From the NCBI GenBank assembly GCA_900321655.1, contig ONWU01000011.1, positions 22,340 through 86,339 on the forward strand: a stretch of DNA of 64,000 nt, read 5' to 3'. The DNA comes from an uncultured Bacteroidales bacterium (lineage in GTDB: Bacteria; Bacteroidota; Bacteroidia; Bacteroidales; UBA932). The notes beneath the pieces were generated by a model. The model was not told the DNA's origin, ran no database searches, and worked only from the letters and a program-made list of their open reading frames with translations. Of this stretch, positions 28,840-39,237 are shown piece by piece (position 1 is the stretch's first letter; each line of letters opens with the position of its first letter). A program made the translations under genes and the position numbers.

Positions 28840-31263
28840 TCAGTCAATTACCTCCACGCCCACCGGGACCTGGCAACGGACCTCTTCTCCATGGACTTCC
28901 ACCGTGATGAGACCATAAGGGGTGGGCTGGGTCACTTTCACCCAATCCACACCGGCAGGGAGGTGCGGCTCAATCTTCACGCGCCGGTAGCCGGGTTCCA
29001 GGGGCACAATACCGCCGAGGGCCTGGCTGAACCAGCTGCCAATGCCGTTGTAGCAGTTATGCAGATGGCTTCGGCCCCCGTTCCACTCTTCCCAGACGCC
29101 CGTGGCACCGTTGTCCACCATATAAAGATATCCGGGATAGGTGCGTTTTTTCAAAAGACTGTACAGCCAGTCTGTCTCCCCTTCCAGCGTGGCCCATTCC
29201 GTTATCACGGGAACACCTACCAGGCCGGTGGCCAGATGGCCATCATACACGGTAGCCGTACGCTCCTTCAGGGCTTTTACCACACGCGGGCGCTCCTTCA
29301 AAGGGGTAACTCCGCAAAGAAGCGGGAACACCATGTCTATCTGGCTGGCCGATGCATAGGTGGCCTCTTCAGGATGATAGAAGGCCTCCTGCACGCGGAG
29401 AGCGAGGGCTTCGAAGCGCTGGCTGAAGGCGGCCGCATCGGCCTGATATCCCAGGACCAGGGCTATCTGCTCCAGATCCCGATACACCTGGCACAGGGTG
29501 CAGTTACTGATAAGGTCTATGGAAGCGGGATCCTTCACGTCCACCCCTTCCGGAGCGGCCCAGTCTCCCAGGTACCAGCCGCGGTATTTCTCATTGGGCC
29601 AGGCCTTCAGCAGGCCGTCCACCGCATAGGCATCCACATAGTCCAGCCAATGCTTCATAGACGGGTAGAAACGCACCAGGGGGCGTTTGTCGGAATAGCT
29701 CATATAGGATCTCCAGGCCGCCTGCACCAGGAAACTGCACCAGTAGGGGCCTCCCCCGGCCGTGTAGGGATCGGGGGCGGTATGGGGCAGACCGCCGTCC
29801 GGCTGCTGGGCATCGGCCCAGGCCTGCAGCCAGTTCAGGTACATGGCCGAAGCATCCGCCACAGACTGAAGCGAGAGGGCCGATGCCGTGCCGTCCCCTC
29901 CGTAGCCCAGCCTTTCGATGCTGGCGCAGTCTACCATATAACCTCCGAAGGTGAGGTTTCGCATAGAGTGCTGCACCAGGGCATAGATGGCATTGAGGTC
30001 CTTGTCCGAGCTCTCAAAGCGGCCTTCCCAGGCATAGCTGTCCCCTATCCGGAGCGCCCGGAAGTCTTCCGGATTCGGGCTTTCCGGGAGACCCTCCAGC
30101 AGCATATACTGCATCAGGTGATGGTTAAAACGGTTGCGGAAGCGGTCTCCTCCGGACTTTCCGGAAGCGATATACTCATCCCTGCCCCGGGTGTCCTGCT
30201 CCAGATGGCCGTCCGGATGACGGAAGTCCGAGAAGAAGGCTTTGACGACGGTCCCGGCAGGAAGCTGCGGCAAATGGACATCCATCTGGGCATTCACAAT
30301 CCGGCCATAATCCAGCAGCCAGCGGCCGTCGCCCTGTTTCTCGACTGAAACCGGTGTCAGGGTTTCCAGCACCCTCACGGGCGGGCACATTTGCACCGTG
30401 CTCTCTACCCCGGGCACTTCCACCACTTCCACAGGGCCCCAGACGGGCTCAAAACCGGCATCAATGGCTTCTCCACCAAATTCGTGCGGCGTCCAGGAGC
30501 CCAGATCCCGATAGCCGCTCCAGGCGCCTTCCCAGGAGGCGTCCGTGCACAACAGGGGCTTTCCGTCCACACAAAGCTCGGCCTTTACCAGCGGGCCGTC
30601 AAACACCGTTCCGAAGGTGGTTTTCTTGTACCAGCCGCTGCCGGCATCTATGCGGAGCTCGTTCTCTCCTTTTTTCAAAGAGAGCTCATATGCCACGATG
30701 AGAGAGCGTTTGTCAAGCTGCGAGACGGCCGGCTGAAGCACGGCGTCGGAAAGCTTCTCTCCATTGAGGAAGGCCTCGTGGTACCCCAGGGAAGTTACAT
30801 ACAAAAGGGCTTTTCCGGCCTTTTCGGCCTTAAAACGCCGGCGCAGCATGGGAGCTCTTCCCTCTCCTGGCACGGCGCCGATCCATTCTCCCTGCAGGCC
30901 ATCCAGGGGGCCGATGCCCAGTCGCTGCTTTTCGCTCCAAGCCGAAACTTGCCCCCGGGCATTCCACACCCGCACCCTCCACCAGCCCTGCCAGCGGGCT
31001 TCCAGCGGAGTGCCGGCGTACGGCACCATCACCTGATCTGCGCCTTCCACCCTGCCGGAGCGCCACACTCCGGGGCCTACCTCTATCTCATAAGCGGCCT
31101 GCTCCATCGGCCCGGAGGCCTGGATTTTCCAGCTGAAGTGCGGCCGGTCGCTGTCGATGGCCAGCGGTTCCTGCAAGCCTTCGCAACGAAGGTCATAAAC
31201 TTCCAGGGCCGGGCGGCAGGCCACCAGTCCGAACAGCAGCAAGAGCAGGGAAATCTTTTTCAT
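28840..31263 (-). CDS. GH78 family alpha-L-rhamnosidase-like protein, lipoprotein
   Basis: Start MKKISL at 31263, lipobox LVAC. Motifs VDCASIERLGYGGDG, LGDW, TGLVG, GATGVWEEW and HNCY. Confidence 0.88.
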   Translation of the reverse strand: MKKISLLLLLFGLVACRPALEVYDLRCEGLQEPLAIDSDRPHFSWKIQASGPMEQAAYEIEVGPGVWRSGRVEGADQVMVPYAGTPLEARWQGWWRVRVWNARGQVSAWSEKQRLGIGPLDGLQGEWIGAVPGEGRAPMLRRRFKAEKAGKALLYVTSLGYHEAFLNGEKLSDAVLQPAVSQLDKRSLIVAYELSLKKGENELRIDAGSGWYKKTTFGTVFDGPLVKAELCVDGKPLLCTDASWEGAWSGYRDLGSWTPHEFGGEAIDAGFEPVWGPVEVVEVPGVESTVQMCPPVRVLETLTPVSVEKQGDGRWLLDYGRIVNAQMDVHLPQLPAGTVVKAFFSDFRHPDGHLEQDTRGRDEYIASGKSGGDRFRNRFNHHLMQYMLLEGLPESPNPEDFRALRIGDSYAWEGRFESSDKDLNAIYALVQHSMRNLTFGGYMVDCASIERLGYGGDGTASALSLQSVADASAMYLNWLQAWADAQQPDGGLPHTAPDPYTAGGGPYWCSFLVQAAWRSYMSYSDKRPLVRFYPSMKHWLDYVDAYAVDGLLKAWPNEKYRGWYLGDWAAPEGVDVKDPASIDLISNCTLCQVYRDLEQIALVLGYQADAAAFSQRFEALALRVQEAFYHPEEATYASASQIDMVFPLLCGVTPLKERPRVVKALKERTATVYDGHLATGLVGVPVITEWATLEGETDWLYSLLKKRTYPGYLYMVDNGATGVWEEWNGGRSHLHNCYNGIGSWFSQALGGIVPLEPGYRRVKIEPHLPAGVDWVKVTQPTPYGLITVEVHGEEVRCQVPVGVEVID

Positions 31264-31273
31264 ACAGGCAGGG

Positions 31274-31903
31274 TTACAAAGTGAAATTAAGGCCGATGCC
31301 CAGGATGTGCTGGGCCGGTTTGCCATTATGGGTATAGTAGATATAATAGGTTTCCAGTTGCAGCCAGGAATTGAAATTGTACAGGGAGCCCACGTAATGG
31401 CGCGTTTTGTTCCACTGCCCCCAGCCGATGAACTCCACGGCCAGATAAGGGCTCCAGCCCGTATGGGGAACGTTGTATTTCACCATAAGGCGGGAGCGGA
31501 GTTCGTTGGCCTGGGGTCCTCCTGAATGGGTCCAGGTGTGAAGGTACCGCTCCCGGAGGGATACATTGAAATTCCCGGAACTCAAAGTTCCCGTAAGATC
31601 CAGGATGAGCTTGTGCTTCAAGGCCGACGGCTCTTTCATAAAGTCATAGCCCACATCGGCCTTCAGCCAGGGTAAAATCTTGGCTCCCAGAATGGTACGG
31701 GTGTACCAGCATTCAAAATACTTGTAATGGAAATTGTCGTGTTCAAAGTAAAAACTGCCAAAGAAAGGACTGTCCCCGAAGTTGTGATACACTTCGAAGA
31801 ACTCCCAGCCGCCAAACTCCCACCCTTCCGGCACTTCCTGGGCCCGGGAGGACACAGGAAGCGCCAGCAGGCAGCAACAAATGAGGACGACAATCTTCTT
31901 CAT
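31274..31903 (-). CDS. Outer-membrane beta-barrel protein (DUF2490-like)
   Basis: Signal peptide and alternating aromatic beta strands. LRERY, LRSRL..KY and SPYLAVE motifs, with C-terminal HILGIGLNFTL. Confidence 0.72.
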   Translation of the reverse strand: MKKIVVLICCCLLALPVSSRAQEVPEGWEFGGWEFFEVYHNFGDSPFFGSFYFEHDNFHYKYFECWYTRTILGAKILPWLKADVGYDFMKEPSALKHKLILDLTGTLSSGNFNVSLRERYLHTWTHSGGPQANELRSRLMVKYNVPHTGWSPYLAVEFIGWGQWNKTRHYVGSLYNFNSWLQLETYYIYYTHNGKPAQHILGIGLNFTL

Positions 31904-31915
31904 CCCGAAACAGGC

Positions 31916-32809
31916 TTATTCAAAAACCGGCACGGGAACGCCTCTCCAGCTTTCCGGCTGCGGAAGATGGAAGACCTGGGCCACAGTGGCCGCTATATCC
32001 ATCTGGATAACCGGTTCCGTAATCTGATGGTTCTTCCTCACTCCTTTTCCAAAAACGACCAGAGGAGTGGCAATTTCCAGATCCGTATCTCCTCCGTGAC
32101 CGGTTCCGTAGTGGCCGTGATCGGAGGTGAGGATAATGATGCTGTCTTCATAGATTCCGGCCTCTTTCACGCCTTCCACGATGCGGCGGACGCGGTCGTC
32201 TACCAGCGGCAGCTCGGCATAATACTCGGCCGATCCCTGGCCGTAGGCGTGGCCCATATGGTCCAGGGCGTCTATGTGGATGAATGCGATGGCGGGCTTC
32301 TTTTCCTTGATATACTTCACGCTCTCCTCCACAATGGCGTCCGGATGGGCTTCCGGATCTTCAATCCTTTTGTAGTAGCTCAGGCAAAGGGTATCGGCAT
32401 AATTGAGGAAATCTCCCCACTCGCACACCACACCGGTTTCGGCCTCAGGACGCACCTGCCTCATCACGTGGAAGAAGGTGGGCTGGGCGTTATGCTCCGT
32501 CAGCAGGATGGGCGTAAAGGTGGGATGGTTTTCGTTTCCGGTGATTCCGGAAAACTCTACTGGGGTGCCGTTCATCATAGCCGCCCAGTTGGTGCCGCTG
32601 ATGGAGGGGCGCATCGTGCGTTTGTTCAGCGTCCAGCTGCCTTCTTCCATCATCGACTTGATAAAGGGAGCCTCTCCCTTTTCCATACACCAGGTTCCCC
32701 AGCCGTCCAGGCCGATTACAATCACGTGGGAGGCAAGGTCCTTCTGAGGTGCCTTCCCGCAGGAAACCATCAGCAGCGCAGCTGCCAGAGCTAAGGTCAT
32801 CTTTTTCAT
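31916..32809 (-). CDS. Alkaline-phosphatase superfamily / nucleotide pyrophosphatase-phosphodiesterase, lipoprotein
   Basis: Lipobox MVSC. Metal and nucleophile motifs IGLDG, PSISGTNW, DHMGH, TSDHG and GHGG. Confidence 0.88.
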   Translation of the reverse strand: MKKMTLALAAALLMVSCGKAPQKDLASHVIVIGLDGWGTWCMEKGEAPFIKSMMEEGSWTLNKRTMRPSISGTNWAAMMNGTPVEFSGITGNENHPTFTPILLTEHNAQPTFFHVMRQVRPEAETGVVCEWGDFLNYADTLCLSYYKRIEDPEAHPDAIVEESVKYIKEKKPAIAFIHIDALDHMGHAYGQGSAEYYAELPLVDDRVRRIVEGVKEAGIYEDSIIILTSDHGHYGTGHGGDTDLEIATPLVVFGKGVRKNHQITEPVIQMDIAATVAQVFHLPQPESWRGVPVPVFE

Positions 32810-32816
32810 AGTAGGA

Positions 32817-32848
32817 TTGGTTATTAGTTGGTTATTAGTTTGTTATTG
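32817..32848. repeat. Short tandem repeat TTGGTTATTAG x2 plus a degenerate third copy
   Basis: ttggttattag ttggttattag tttgttattg, in the spacer just upstream of the phosphodiesterase start codon. Confidence 0.6.
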
Positions 32849-32858
32849 TCTTATTCCA

Positions 32859-33794
32859 TCAATGTCTTCCTATGGATTCCAGATAGGAAATCAGAAGGGC
32901 CGGCCGGTCTGTCTGCAGGATGGAGGCGCCCAGTTCCAGGATGGGACCGTAAACCGTACCCGGGTCTTCCGCACTATCGGCCGCATCGTCGTCGTAGCCA
33001 CCGCAGAGAGACTCCCAGATGGTGTTCACCCAGATTTTGGAGCCGGAGGAGATTACTTTGGCGGCCGCATTTTTAACATTGTCGTTCAGCTTGTTGAAGC
33101 ACAGTTCATAGGCCAGCTGGGGCTGGGAATAGGAAATGAACTCCCGGAAAACTTCCGACTCCCCGTCTTCCACGCTGCCGACAACCGGCATATACATCAG
33201 ACGGTGGGGATACTGGTTCAACTTGTCCTCCACTTCCGAGAGCTCCCGGCCACTCTTGATGAGGATCTGGTCCGTGACGCCCAGCTCTTCCGTAAGGGCC
33301 AGCACCAGGTCGTAATACTCGTATCCCTGGTCTACATTGACCAGGATGCGGTCTTTGCACACTTCCAGGGCCTGCCGCAGGGTGGGCATCTTGATGCCCG
33401 GCCGGCCAATTCCGTGCCCGGCCTTGAGGTCAAACCGAAGGATCTCCTCATACGTGTACTCACGGATGGGGCCGCTGCCGGTGGTGCAACGGTTCAGGGT
33501 ATGGTCGTGGCTGAGGACCAGGACGCTGTCCTTGGTGAGTTTGAGGTCCAGTTCCATCATATCTACTCCCATCCGGATACAGGACTCGATGGCCTGGATG
33601 GAATTTTCCGGATATCCTCTCCAGTCTCCCCGGTGGGCAGCCACCACAACATACTTCGAAGAAGGGTCATGAAGGGCGGCAAGGGCCTTCTGAACACGGG
33701 TTTGTTCCTGTTTGGGGGCGCAGGCGGTCAAGATGGCCAGCGCAAAAACCAATATAAAGGAGATTCTTTTCATTAACAACGTATTGGTATTCAT
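32859..33794 (-). CDS. Glycerophosphodiester phosphodiesterase (GDPD), lipoprotein
   Basis: Lipobox LTAC. Motifs AAHRGDWRGYPENS, ELDL, SHD.TLNR, IWVNT and LQTDRP. Confidence 0.92.
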   Translation of the reverse strand: MNTNTLLMKRISFILVFALAILTACAPKQEQTRVQKALAALHDPSSKYVVVAAHRGDWRGYPENSIQAIESCIRMGVDMMELDLKLTKDSVLVLSHDHTLNRCTTGSGPIREYTYEEILRFDLKAGHGIGRPGIKMPTLRQALEVCKDRILVNVDQGYEYYDLVLALTEELGVTDQILIKSGRELSEVEDKLNQYPHRLMYMPVVGSVEDGESEVFREFISYSQPQLAYELCFNKLNDNVKNAAAKVISSGSKIWVNTIWESLCGGYDDDAADSAEDPGTVYGPILELGASILQTDRPALLISYLESIGRH

Positions 33795-33810
33795 TAATTA
33801 GCGTAGTATA

Positions 33811-33841
33811 CAAATATAAGGTTTCTTCGCAAAGAATGCAA
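33811..33841 (-). promoter_or_regulatory. Internal promoter upstream of GDPD
   Basis: - strand TTG (33839-33841), 20-nt spacer, TATATTTG (33811-33818). Confidence 0.65.
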
Positions 33842-33879
33842 GATATCTCCCTTCCTCACAACGGGCTTTGCCAAAGGGA

Positions 33880-36567
33880 TCATTCATAAAAGAGCATAGC
33901 TGCCGGAAGATTGGTAACCGAAATGCCGGGGCCCTTCAGGCCCACCTCAACGGACTCCTCGGCGAAATTGTCCCAGAAGCCCAGCTCCAGCCGATGATAC
34001 CCGGCCTCAAGGGTTAGCCAAATTTCCTGGAACCCGCCGCCGTCGCGGTCCAGATCCAGGAGCGGTTTTCCGTCCAGGGTGAGGCGGGAGCCGTCGTCCG
34101 AGCGCAGCGAGAGCCTGTACAGGCCGTCCCGGTCTATCTTCACCAGGCCCTTGAAGAAAAGGGCGAAGTGGTCTTCCCTTTCCTTGAGGGCCGCCGTAAT
34201 GACGGGAGTAATGCCGGTGGTCTTTTCCGGAGCGGAGAGGAAAGCGTCCACACTCATATGGTTGCCTTCCCGGTAGGTATAGCGGAGCCCGCTTCCTAGC
34301 GGAGCAGCATCTGCGAGGGCCGGGAAATACTCCCCTCCCTGCATTTTCAAAACATCGTGGACCGGCCAGGACAAGGCCTTTTTAAGCCGATAGGTGCCCT
34401 CGGCCCGGATATCGGCACAGCTGGCGCCAAAGAGCACTCTGTACTCCCCTTCCGCCGCTTCCCAGGCCGACGAAGCCTCACTGAAAGAAGCCAGGGAATA
34501 GGTATCCACCTGCATAGTAAGCACCTGACTTTCACCGGGCTGCAGAAGACGGGTCTTGGCAAAGGATTTCAGCTCCCTGTCAGGTTTCTCCAGACCGCCG
34601 GAAGGGGCGCTGACATACAGCTGCACCACTTCCCTGCCGGCCACCTTACCCGTATTGGTAACCGTAATGGAGGCGGTGAAGCCGTCCTTGTCGGCCTTCA
34701 CCACCGGCTTGGAATAACTGAAAGTGGTGTAGCTGAGGCCGTAGCCGAAGGGATAGGAAACTTCCACTCCCCGCGTCTGGTAATAGCGGTAACCCACCCA
34801 GATATCTTCCGAGTAGCTGGTAAAGTCCACATTCTCCGTCTTGTGATAAGAGGCAAAGGGATCGTAGTCGAAGGGGAAATCCTGCGCCGAAGGAACGTCT
34901 ATGTAATTATTGGGGAAGGTCATCGGCAGTTTGCCGGAAGGGTTCACCTTGCCTGTGAGCACATCGGCTATGGCGGAAGCTCCCTCCTGTCCCGGACTCC
35001 AAGGCAGTACGATGGCATCCACCAGATGCTTCCAGGAAGCCGTTTCAATGACTCCGCCTATGTTCAGGATCACTACCACCCGTTTCCCTCTGGGGTGATA
35101 CGCCTGGTGAAGGTTCATAAGGAGTTCCCTTTCTTCCGGCCACAGTTCAAAGTCTCCCTCCAGGCGACGGTCCTTGCCTTCTCCGGCCTGGCGGCCGAAA
35201 ACCACCACGGCCACATCGTTCACCGTGGACTGATACTGGATGGACGTCGCGGTGAGAGCCGGTTCTTCGCGGTGCTCGCGGTCTTCCTCATACTCCAGAT
35301 TAAAGCGTGCCTGCAGGGCCTTGGACTCCAGGGCATAGTAACTCCTGAGCTTTTCGTCCAGGGTGAAACCAGCCGTTTCCAGGGCCTGCGTCATAGTAAC
35401 CACATAGGGCTTGTGGACTTCTCCCGAACCGGTTCCCCCCGCAATGAAATCCTCGCTAGTAACCCCGTACAGGGCCACCCGTTCGTTCCCTTTGAGCGGC
35501 AGCGTGTTCCGCTGGTTGCGAAGGAGGACAATGGACTGGGCCGCTGCTTCCCGCGCAGTGAGGGCGTGGGCCTTGAGGTTGGGCCGGTTGGAATACGCAT
35601 AGCCGCGGAAATGCGGCGTTTTCACCACGTATTCCAGGATGCGGCGCACATTGCGGTCCACCACCTCCATAGAGAGACTGCCGTCTTTCACGCCTTCCAG
35701 AATTCGCTCTATTTCCACATCGGCCCCGGGGTCCATCAGGTCGTTGCCGGCCTTCACGGACAGTACGGTATTGTCCTTGAGCCCCCAGTCCGTGATTACG
35801 ATTCCCTTGTAGCCCCACTCATCGCGGAGCACGGTGGTAAGGAGGTCTTCGTACTGCTGGGTGTACTTTCCGTTCAGCTTGTTGTAAGAGCTCATCACCG
35901 TCCAGGGGTTTCCTTCCTTCACGGCAATCTCGAAGTTCTTGAGATAGATTTCCCTCAGGGCGCGGCGACTGATGAGGGCGTCGTTCTCTATCCGGTTGGT
36001 TTCCTGGCTGTTGGCTGCATAGTGCTTGATGGAAGTGCCGGTTCCGTTACTCTGGATGCCCCGCACATAGGCGGCGGCCATCTTGCCGGACAGCAACGGA
36101 TCTTCGGAGAAATACTCGAAGTTCCTTCCGTTGAGCGGGTTGCGGTGGATGTTCATTCCGGGGGCCAGGAGCACGTCCACACCATACTCCAGCACCTCAT
36201 TTCCCAGCACGGCGGTAGTGCGTTCCACCAGGTCCGTATCCCAGGAGCTGGCCAGCAGCGTTCCCACCGGGAAGCCCGTAGCCACTTTCTGCTCAGGATC
36301 CCTTTCCGGGTCTATGCGCACCCCGGCAGGGCCGTCGGAAAAGATGGTCTGGGGAATCCCCAGCCGGGGAATGGCCCGGGTGCCTCCCGCCATTCCGGGC
36401 ACCAGGTTGTCCGAACTGGTTCCTACCAGCAGCGAGGCCTTTTCCTGAAGCGTCATAGCCTGCAGGATTTCATCAATATTATCGGCCCTCAAGCGGGGCT
36501 GGGCGGCAGCCCCCGCCGAAAGAACGATGAACAAAGTGAAAACAAGAAGATTTTGCCGTTGTCTCAT
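33880..36567 (-). CDS. GH3 beta-glucosidase with an extra C-terminal PA14 domain
   Basis: Motifs SDGPAG, GRNFEYFSEDP and VITDW. Close paralog of 5925-8222, with an added tail of about 140 aa (EDHF..SDDGS..GYHRLE). Confidence 0.92.
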   Translation of the reverse strand: MRQRQNLLVFTLFIVLSAGAAAQPRLRADNIDEILQAMTLQEKASLLVGTSSDNLVPGMAGGTRAIPRLGIPQTIFSDGPAGVRIDPERDPEQKVATGFPVGTLLASSWDTDLVERTTAVLGNEVLEYGVDVLLAPGMNIHRNPLNGRNFEYFSEDPLLSGKMAAAYVRGIQSNGTGTSIKHYAANSQETNRIENDALISRRALREIYLKNFEIAVKEGNPWTVMSSYNKLNGKYTQQYEDLLTTVLRDEWGYKGIVITDWGLKDNTVLSVKAGNDLMDPGADVEIERILEGVKDGSLSMEVVDRNVRRILEYVVKTPHFRGYAYSNRPNLKAHALTAREAAAQSIVLLRNQRNTLPLKGNERVALYGVTSEDFIAGGTGSGEVHKPYVVTMTQALETAGFTLDEKLRSYYALESKALQARFNLEYEEDREHREEPALTATSIQYQSTVNDVAVVVFGRQAGEGKDRRLEGDFELWPEERELLMNLHQAYHPRGKRVVVILNIGGVIETASWKHLVDAIVLPWSPGQEGASAIADVLTGKVNPSGKLPMTFPNNYIDVPSAQDFPFDYDPFASYHKTENVDFTSYSEDIWVGYRYYQTRGVEVSYPFGYGLSYTTFSYSKPVVKADKDGFTASITVTNTGKVAGREVVQLYVSAPSGGLEKPDRELKSFAKTRLLQPGESQVLTMQVDTYSLASFSEASSAWEAAEGEYRVLFGASCADIRAEGTYRLKKALSWPVHDVLKMQGGEYFPALADAAPLGSGLRYTYREGNHMSVDAFLSAPEKTTGITPVITAALKEREDHFALFFKGLVKIDRDGLYRLSLRSDDGSRLTLDGKPLLDLDRDGGGFQEIWLTLEAGYHRLELGFWDNFAEESVEVGLKGPGISVTNLPAAMLFYE

Positions 36568-36579
36568 AGTTTAAGGATA

Positions 36580-39237
36580 TTAATTCACACTAAGGATATG
36601 ATGGCCGGGACCCACCTCATAAACAAGATAACTGGTATCCGACATAGGATCGGAAGCCATCAGGTCCATATTCCTGGGAACATACACGGAAGCCTTCGTT
36701 CCGAAGGGAATGGTCACCTCCACCTGCACACGGGTTCCGTCGTGACTCACGTGGGAGGCAAGTTTTCCGAACGGGGTGTCCGTACAATAACGGACATCCT
36801 GCAGCTGGGGCGAAGGGATGGGACGGATGATCACGTGGCGGAAGCCGGGGGCCTCCGGGTCCGTATCTACACCGGCCAGCACTCTGGATAGCCAGGTAAG
36901 TGCGCCGCCGAACATGGGATGGTTAAGGGACGCATCCCCTTTCCAGGACTCCCAAAGGGTGGTCGCGCCCTGCTCCAGCCACCAGCCGTAACTGGGATAG
37001 TCCCGCTGGTTCATAATGGTATAGGCAAGGTCTCCCATACCGTTCATAGACAAGGTCTCGAAAAGGTATCTGGTAGCAATGAAACCCGTGTTCAGATGCG
37101 AGTTGTATTTCCCTTCCAGTTCCTGACGCAGTGTCCTCCGAACATCCTGCAGCCGGTCCTCCGGAACACCCATATAAAGGGCATAGACATTGCTTCCGAA
37201 GTCTCCGTAAGACTTTTCATTCGGCTGGTAAAAACGCCGGTGGAATGCCTCCCAGATATGGTTCTGAATGCGAGAGGCTTCGTTCGCAACCACCTCGTTT
37301 CCTATGGCTTTTGCCGACAGGGCGGTATTGCGCGCACAAAGCCAGTAAAAGAAGGAGTGCACCAGAGACACGTCCGGATCCCCGAACGGAGGCACCCAGT
37401 CTCCCAGATTGTACCAGAGGAAAGGCTGGCCATCCGGGGTAGTTTTCTGCACGAAGATGGTTCCGTCTTCCCTTTCCCAGGTGCCCAGATACCTTACATA
37501 CTCTCTCATCCCGTCCAGACTCTGTTCCAGGATACGCGGATCTGAATAACGCAGGTAGTATTCCCACGGCATCACGCAGATGGCCGCGCCCCAGGCCGGA
37601 CCGCCTCCACCCATAGGCTCCCAGGGAGCCGTGTTGGGCACGTGACCGGTTTCGGGGTTCTGGCTGCCCACCACCTCCCCTATCCACTTGTTGTAGAAGG
37701 AAGCGGCATCGAAGAAGGACATAACGGCGGCCTGGGCCACTTCTCCGTCTCCGGTATAGGGAAGACGTTCGCGGTGGGGGCAGTCCGAGGCTACGCCGCT
37801 GTGCATATTATCCATTTGTGCCTGTTCAAAGAGGGTCAGGATGTTCTCAAAGAGAGGATTCGAGCAGCTGAACTCCGCATTCACCTTCACATCGGAATGG
37901 ACGGCCTCTGCCGTTATCTGATGGGCCGACAACTCCGATACGCCGCTGATGACAGCCTCCCGGAATACGAACCAGGTGAAGGTGGGGCTCCAGTCCACGG
38001 GTTTGTCATCGGCAAAAATATACTGGCAGCGCGGGCTTTCGTATTCTCCCTGATAGTTCACATTCAAGGTATCTCCCTCTGCACCGCGTATCCCCGTGAA
38101 CCTTATCCAACCGGATATCACCTTGCCGAAATCCACCTTGTAGGACCCGTCCTGCTGTTTTTCGAAGGAAACAGGGGCCAGCGTTTCCATCACCCGGTCG
38201 GCCGGTCCCATATTGGCCGTGAGAGGCCCGTCCGGGGCCTTCCTCTCCACCGCTGCCTGCCAGGAAGCATCGTCAAAGCCGGCCTTGTCCCAGCCTTTCT
38301 GCTCTTCCCTGGCGTCGTACACCTCTCCCGTCCACAGGTCTCCGTAAACGTAGGGAGAAAGGGCCGATTTCCAGGAAGAATCCGTGCAGATGCTTTCCTT
38401 GTGACCATCTTTGTAGTTCAGTTCAAGGCGCGCTATAAGACGCGGCACCCCGTAGGACTCGCACTGGTCTTCGGGCGCCATCGGCCGGGTATGGAAGTAT
38501 CCGTTACCCAAGGTTACTCCTATGGCATTGTCGCCTTCCCGCAGCATTTCGCTCACATCGTAAGACAGGTACAACGTCCGGTAGGACTTTACCTTCGGAT
38601 CCAGCGGAATACGCTCGCTTTCAGCAAGATAGGGCCTTAGTGTATAATCCGTCAGGCCCGGGGAAAAATAGTCCTCCCCCACTTTCTCTCCGTTGACCCG
38701 TGCCTCGTAATAGCCCAGGCCGCTTATAAAAAGCCGGGCGCTTTCAAGACCACGACCCACGGAAAACTCCTTGCGAAACATAGGATAGCGGGTATACCAC
38801 GCTCCTCGCTCATCGGCCTGCCAGGGGGCGCCTATCCACTGCGCTTCCCAGTCCCTGGGGCCCGTGCTGATGAGAGCGGGAGCGCTCCAGGAAGAGGCCC
38901 TTCCCTTCTTGTCCCAAATCCTTACCTTCCAGATGTAGTCGGTCATCGGCTCCAGTGCCGTTCCCTCATAAGGGACAAGATGGGACTCTTCCGACATCAC
39001 CTTCCCCGAATCCCACACAAGGGTTCCCTTGCGGTCGGAGAATACAATCTGCCGGGCCTGCTGGTCCGATGCATTTTGCCAGCTCAGGCGCGGAGCCACT
39101 CCCGGGTCTATGACCACAGGGCCGCTCTGATGCTCTGTACGAAGGCTGGCAGGGGCCGGTCCTGCGCAGGATGTCAACAGCGCCAGTATCACGGACGCCC
39201 ATACGGAAATGGTACGTTTCATCATATTGCCAATCAT
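36580..39237 (-). CDS. GH78 alpha-L-rhamnosidase, lipoprotein
   Basis: Lipobox LTSC. Motifs SDCPHRERLPYTGDG, LGDW, GATTLWESW and SLNHPMFG. The start may be 39225 or 39222. Confidence 0.92.
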   Translation of the reverse strand: MIGNMMKRTISVWASVILALLTSCAGPAPASLRTEHQSGPVVIDPGVAPRLSWQNASDQQARQIVFSDRKGTLVWDSGKVMSEESHLVPYEGTALEPMTDYIWKVRIWDKKGRASSWSAPALISTGPRDWEAQWIGAPWQADERGAWYTRYPMFRKEFSVGRGLESARLFISGLGYYEARVNGEKVGEDYFSPGLTDYTLRPYLAESERIPLDPKVKSYRTLYLSYDVSEMLREGDNAIGVTLGNGYFHTRPMAPEDQCESYGVPRLIARLELNYKDGHKESICTDSSWKSALSPYVYGDLWTGEVYDAREEQKGWDKAGFDDASWQAAVERKAPDGPLTANMGPADRVMETLAPVSFEKQQDGSYKVDFGKVISGWIRFTGIRGAEGDTLNVNYQGEYESPRCQYIFADDKPVDWSPTFTWFVFREAVISGVSELSAHQITAEAVHSDVKVNAEFSCSNPLFENILTLFEQAQMDNMHSGVASDCPHRERLPYTGDGEVAQAAVMSFFDAASFYNKWIGEVVGSQNPETGHVPNTAPWEPMGGGGPAWGAAICVMPWEYYLRYSDPRILEQSLDGMREYVRYLGTWEREDGTIFVQKTTPDGQPFLWYNLGDWVPPFGDPDVSLVHSFFYWLCARNTALSAKAIGNEVVANEASRIQNHIWEAFHRRFYQPNEKSYGDFGSNVYALYMGVPEDRLQDVRRTLRQELEGKYNSHLNTGFIATRYLFETLSMNGMGDLAYTIMNQRDYPSYGWWLEQGATTLWESWKGDASLNHPMFGGALTWLSRVLAGVDTDPEAPGFRHVIIRPIPSPQLQDVRYCTDTPFGKLASHVSHDGTRVQVEVTIPFGTKASVYVPRNMDLMASDPMSDTSYLVYEVGPGHHILSVN

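Noticed and set aside
32817-32848. Tandem 11-mer as a CRISPR remnant or contingency locus
   Set aside because: Only two exact copies, no spacers and no cas genes. It is consistent with an A-rich translation initiation region on the - strand.
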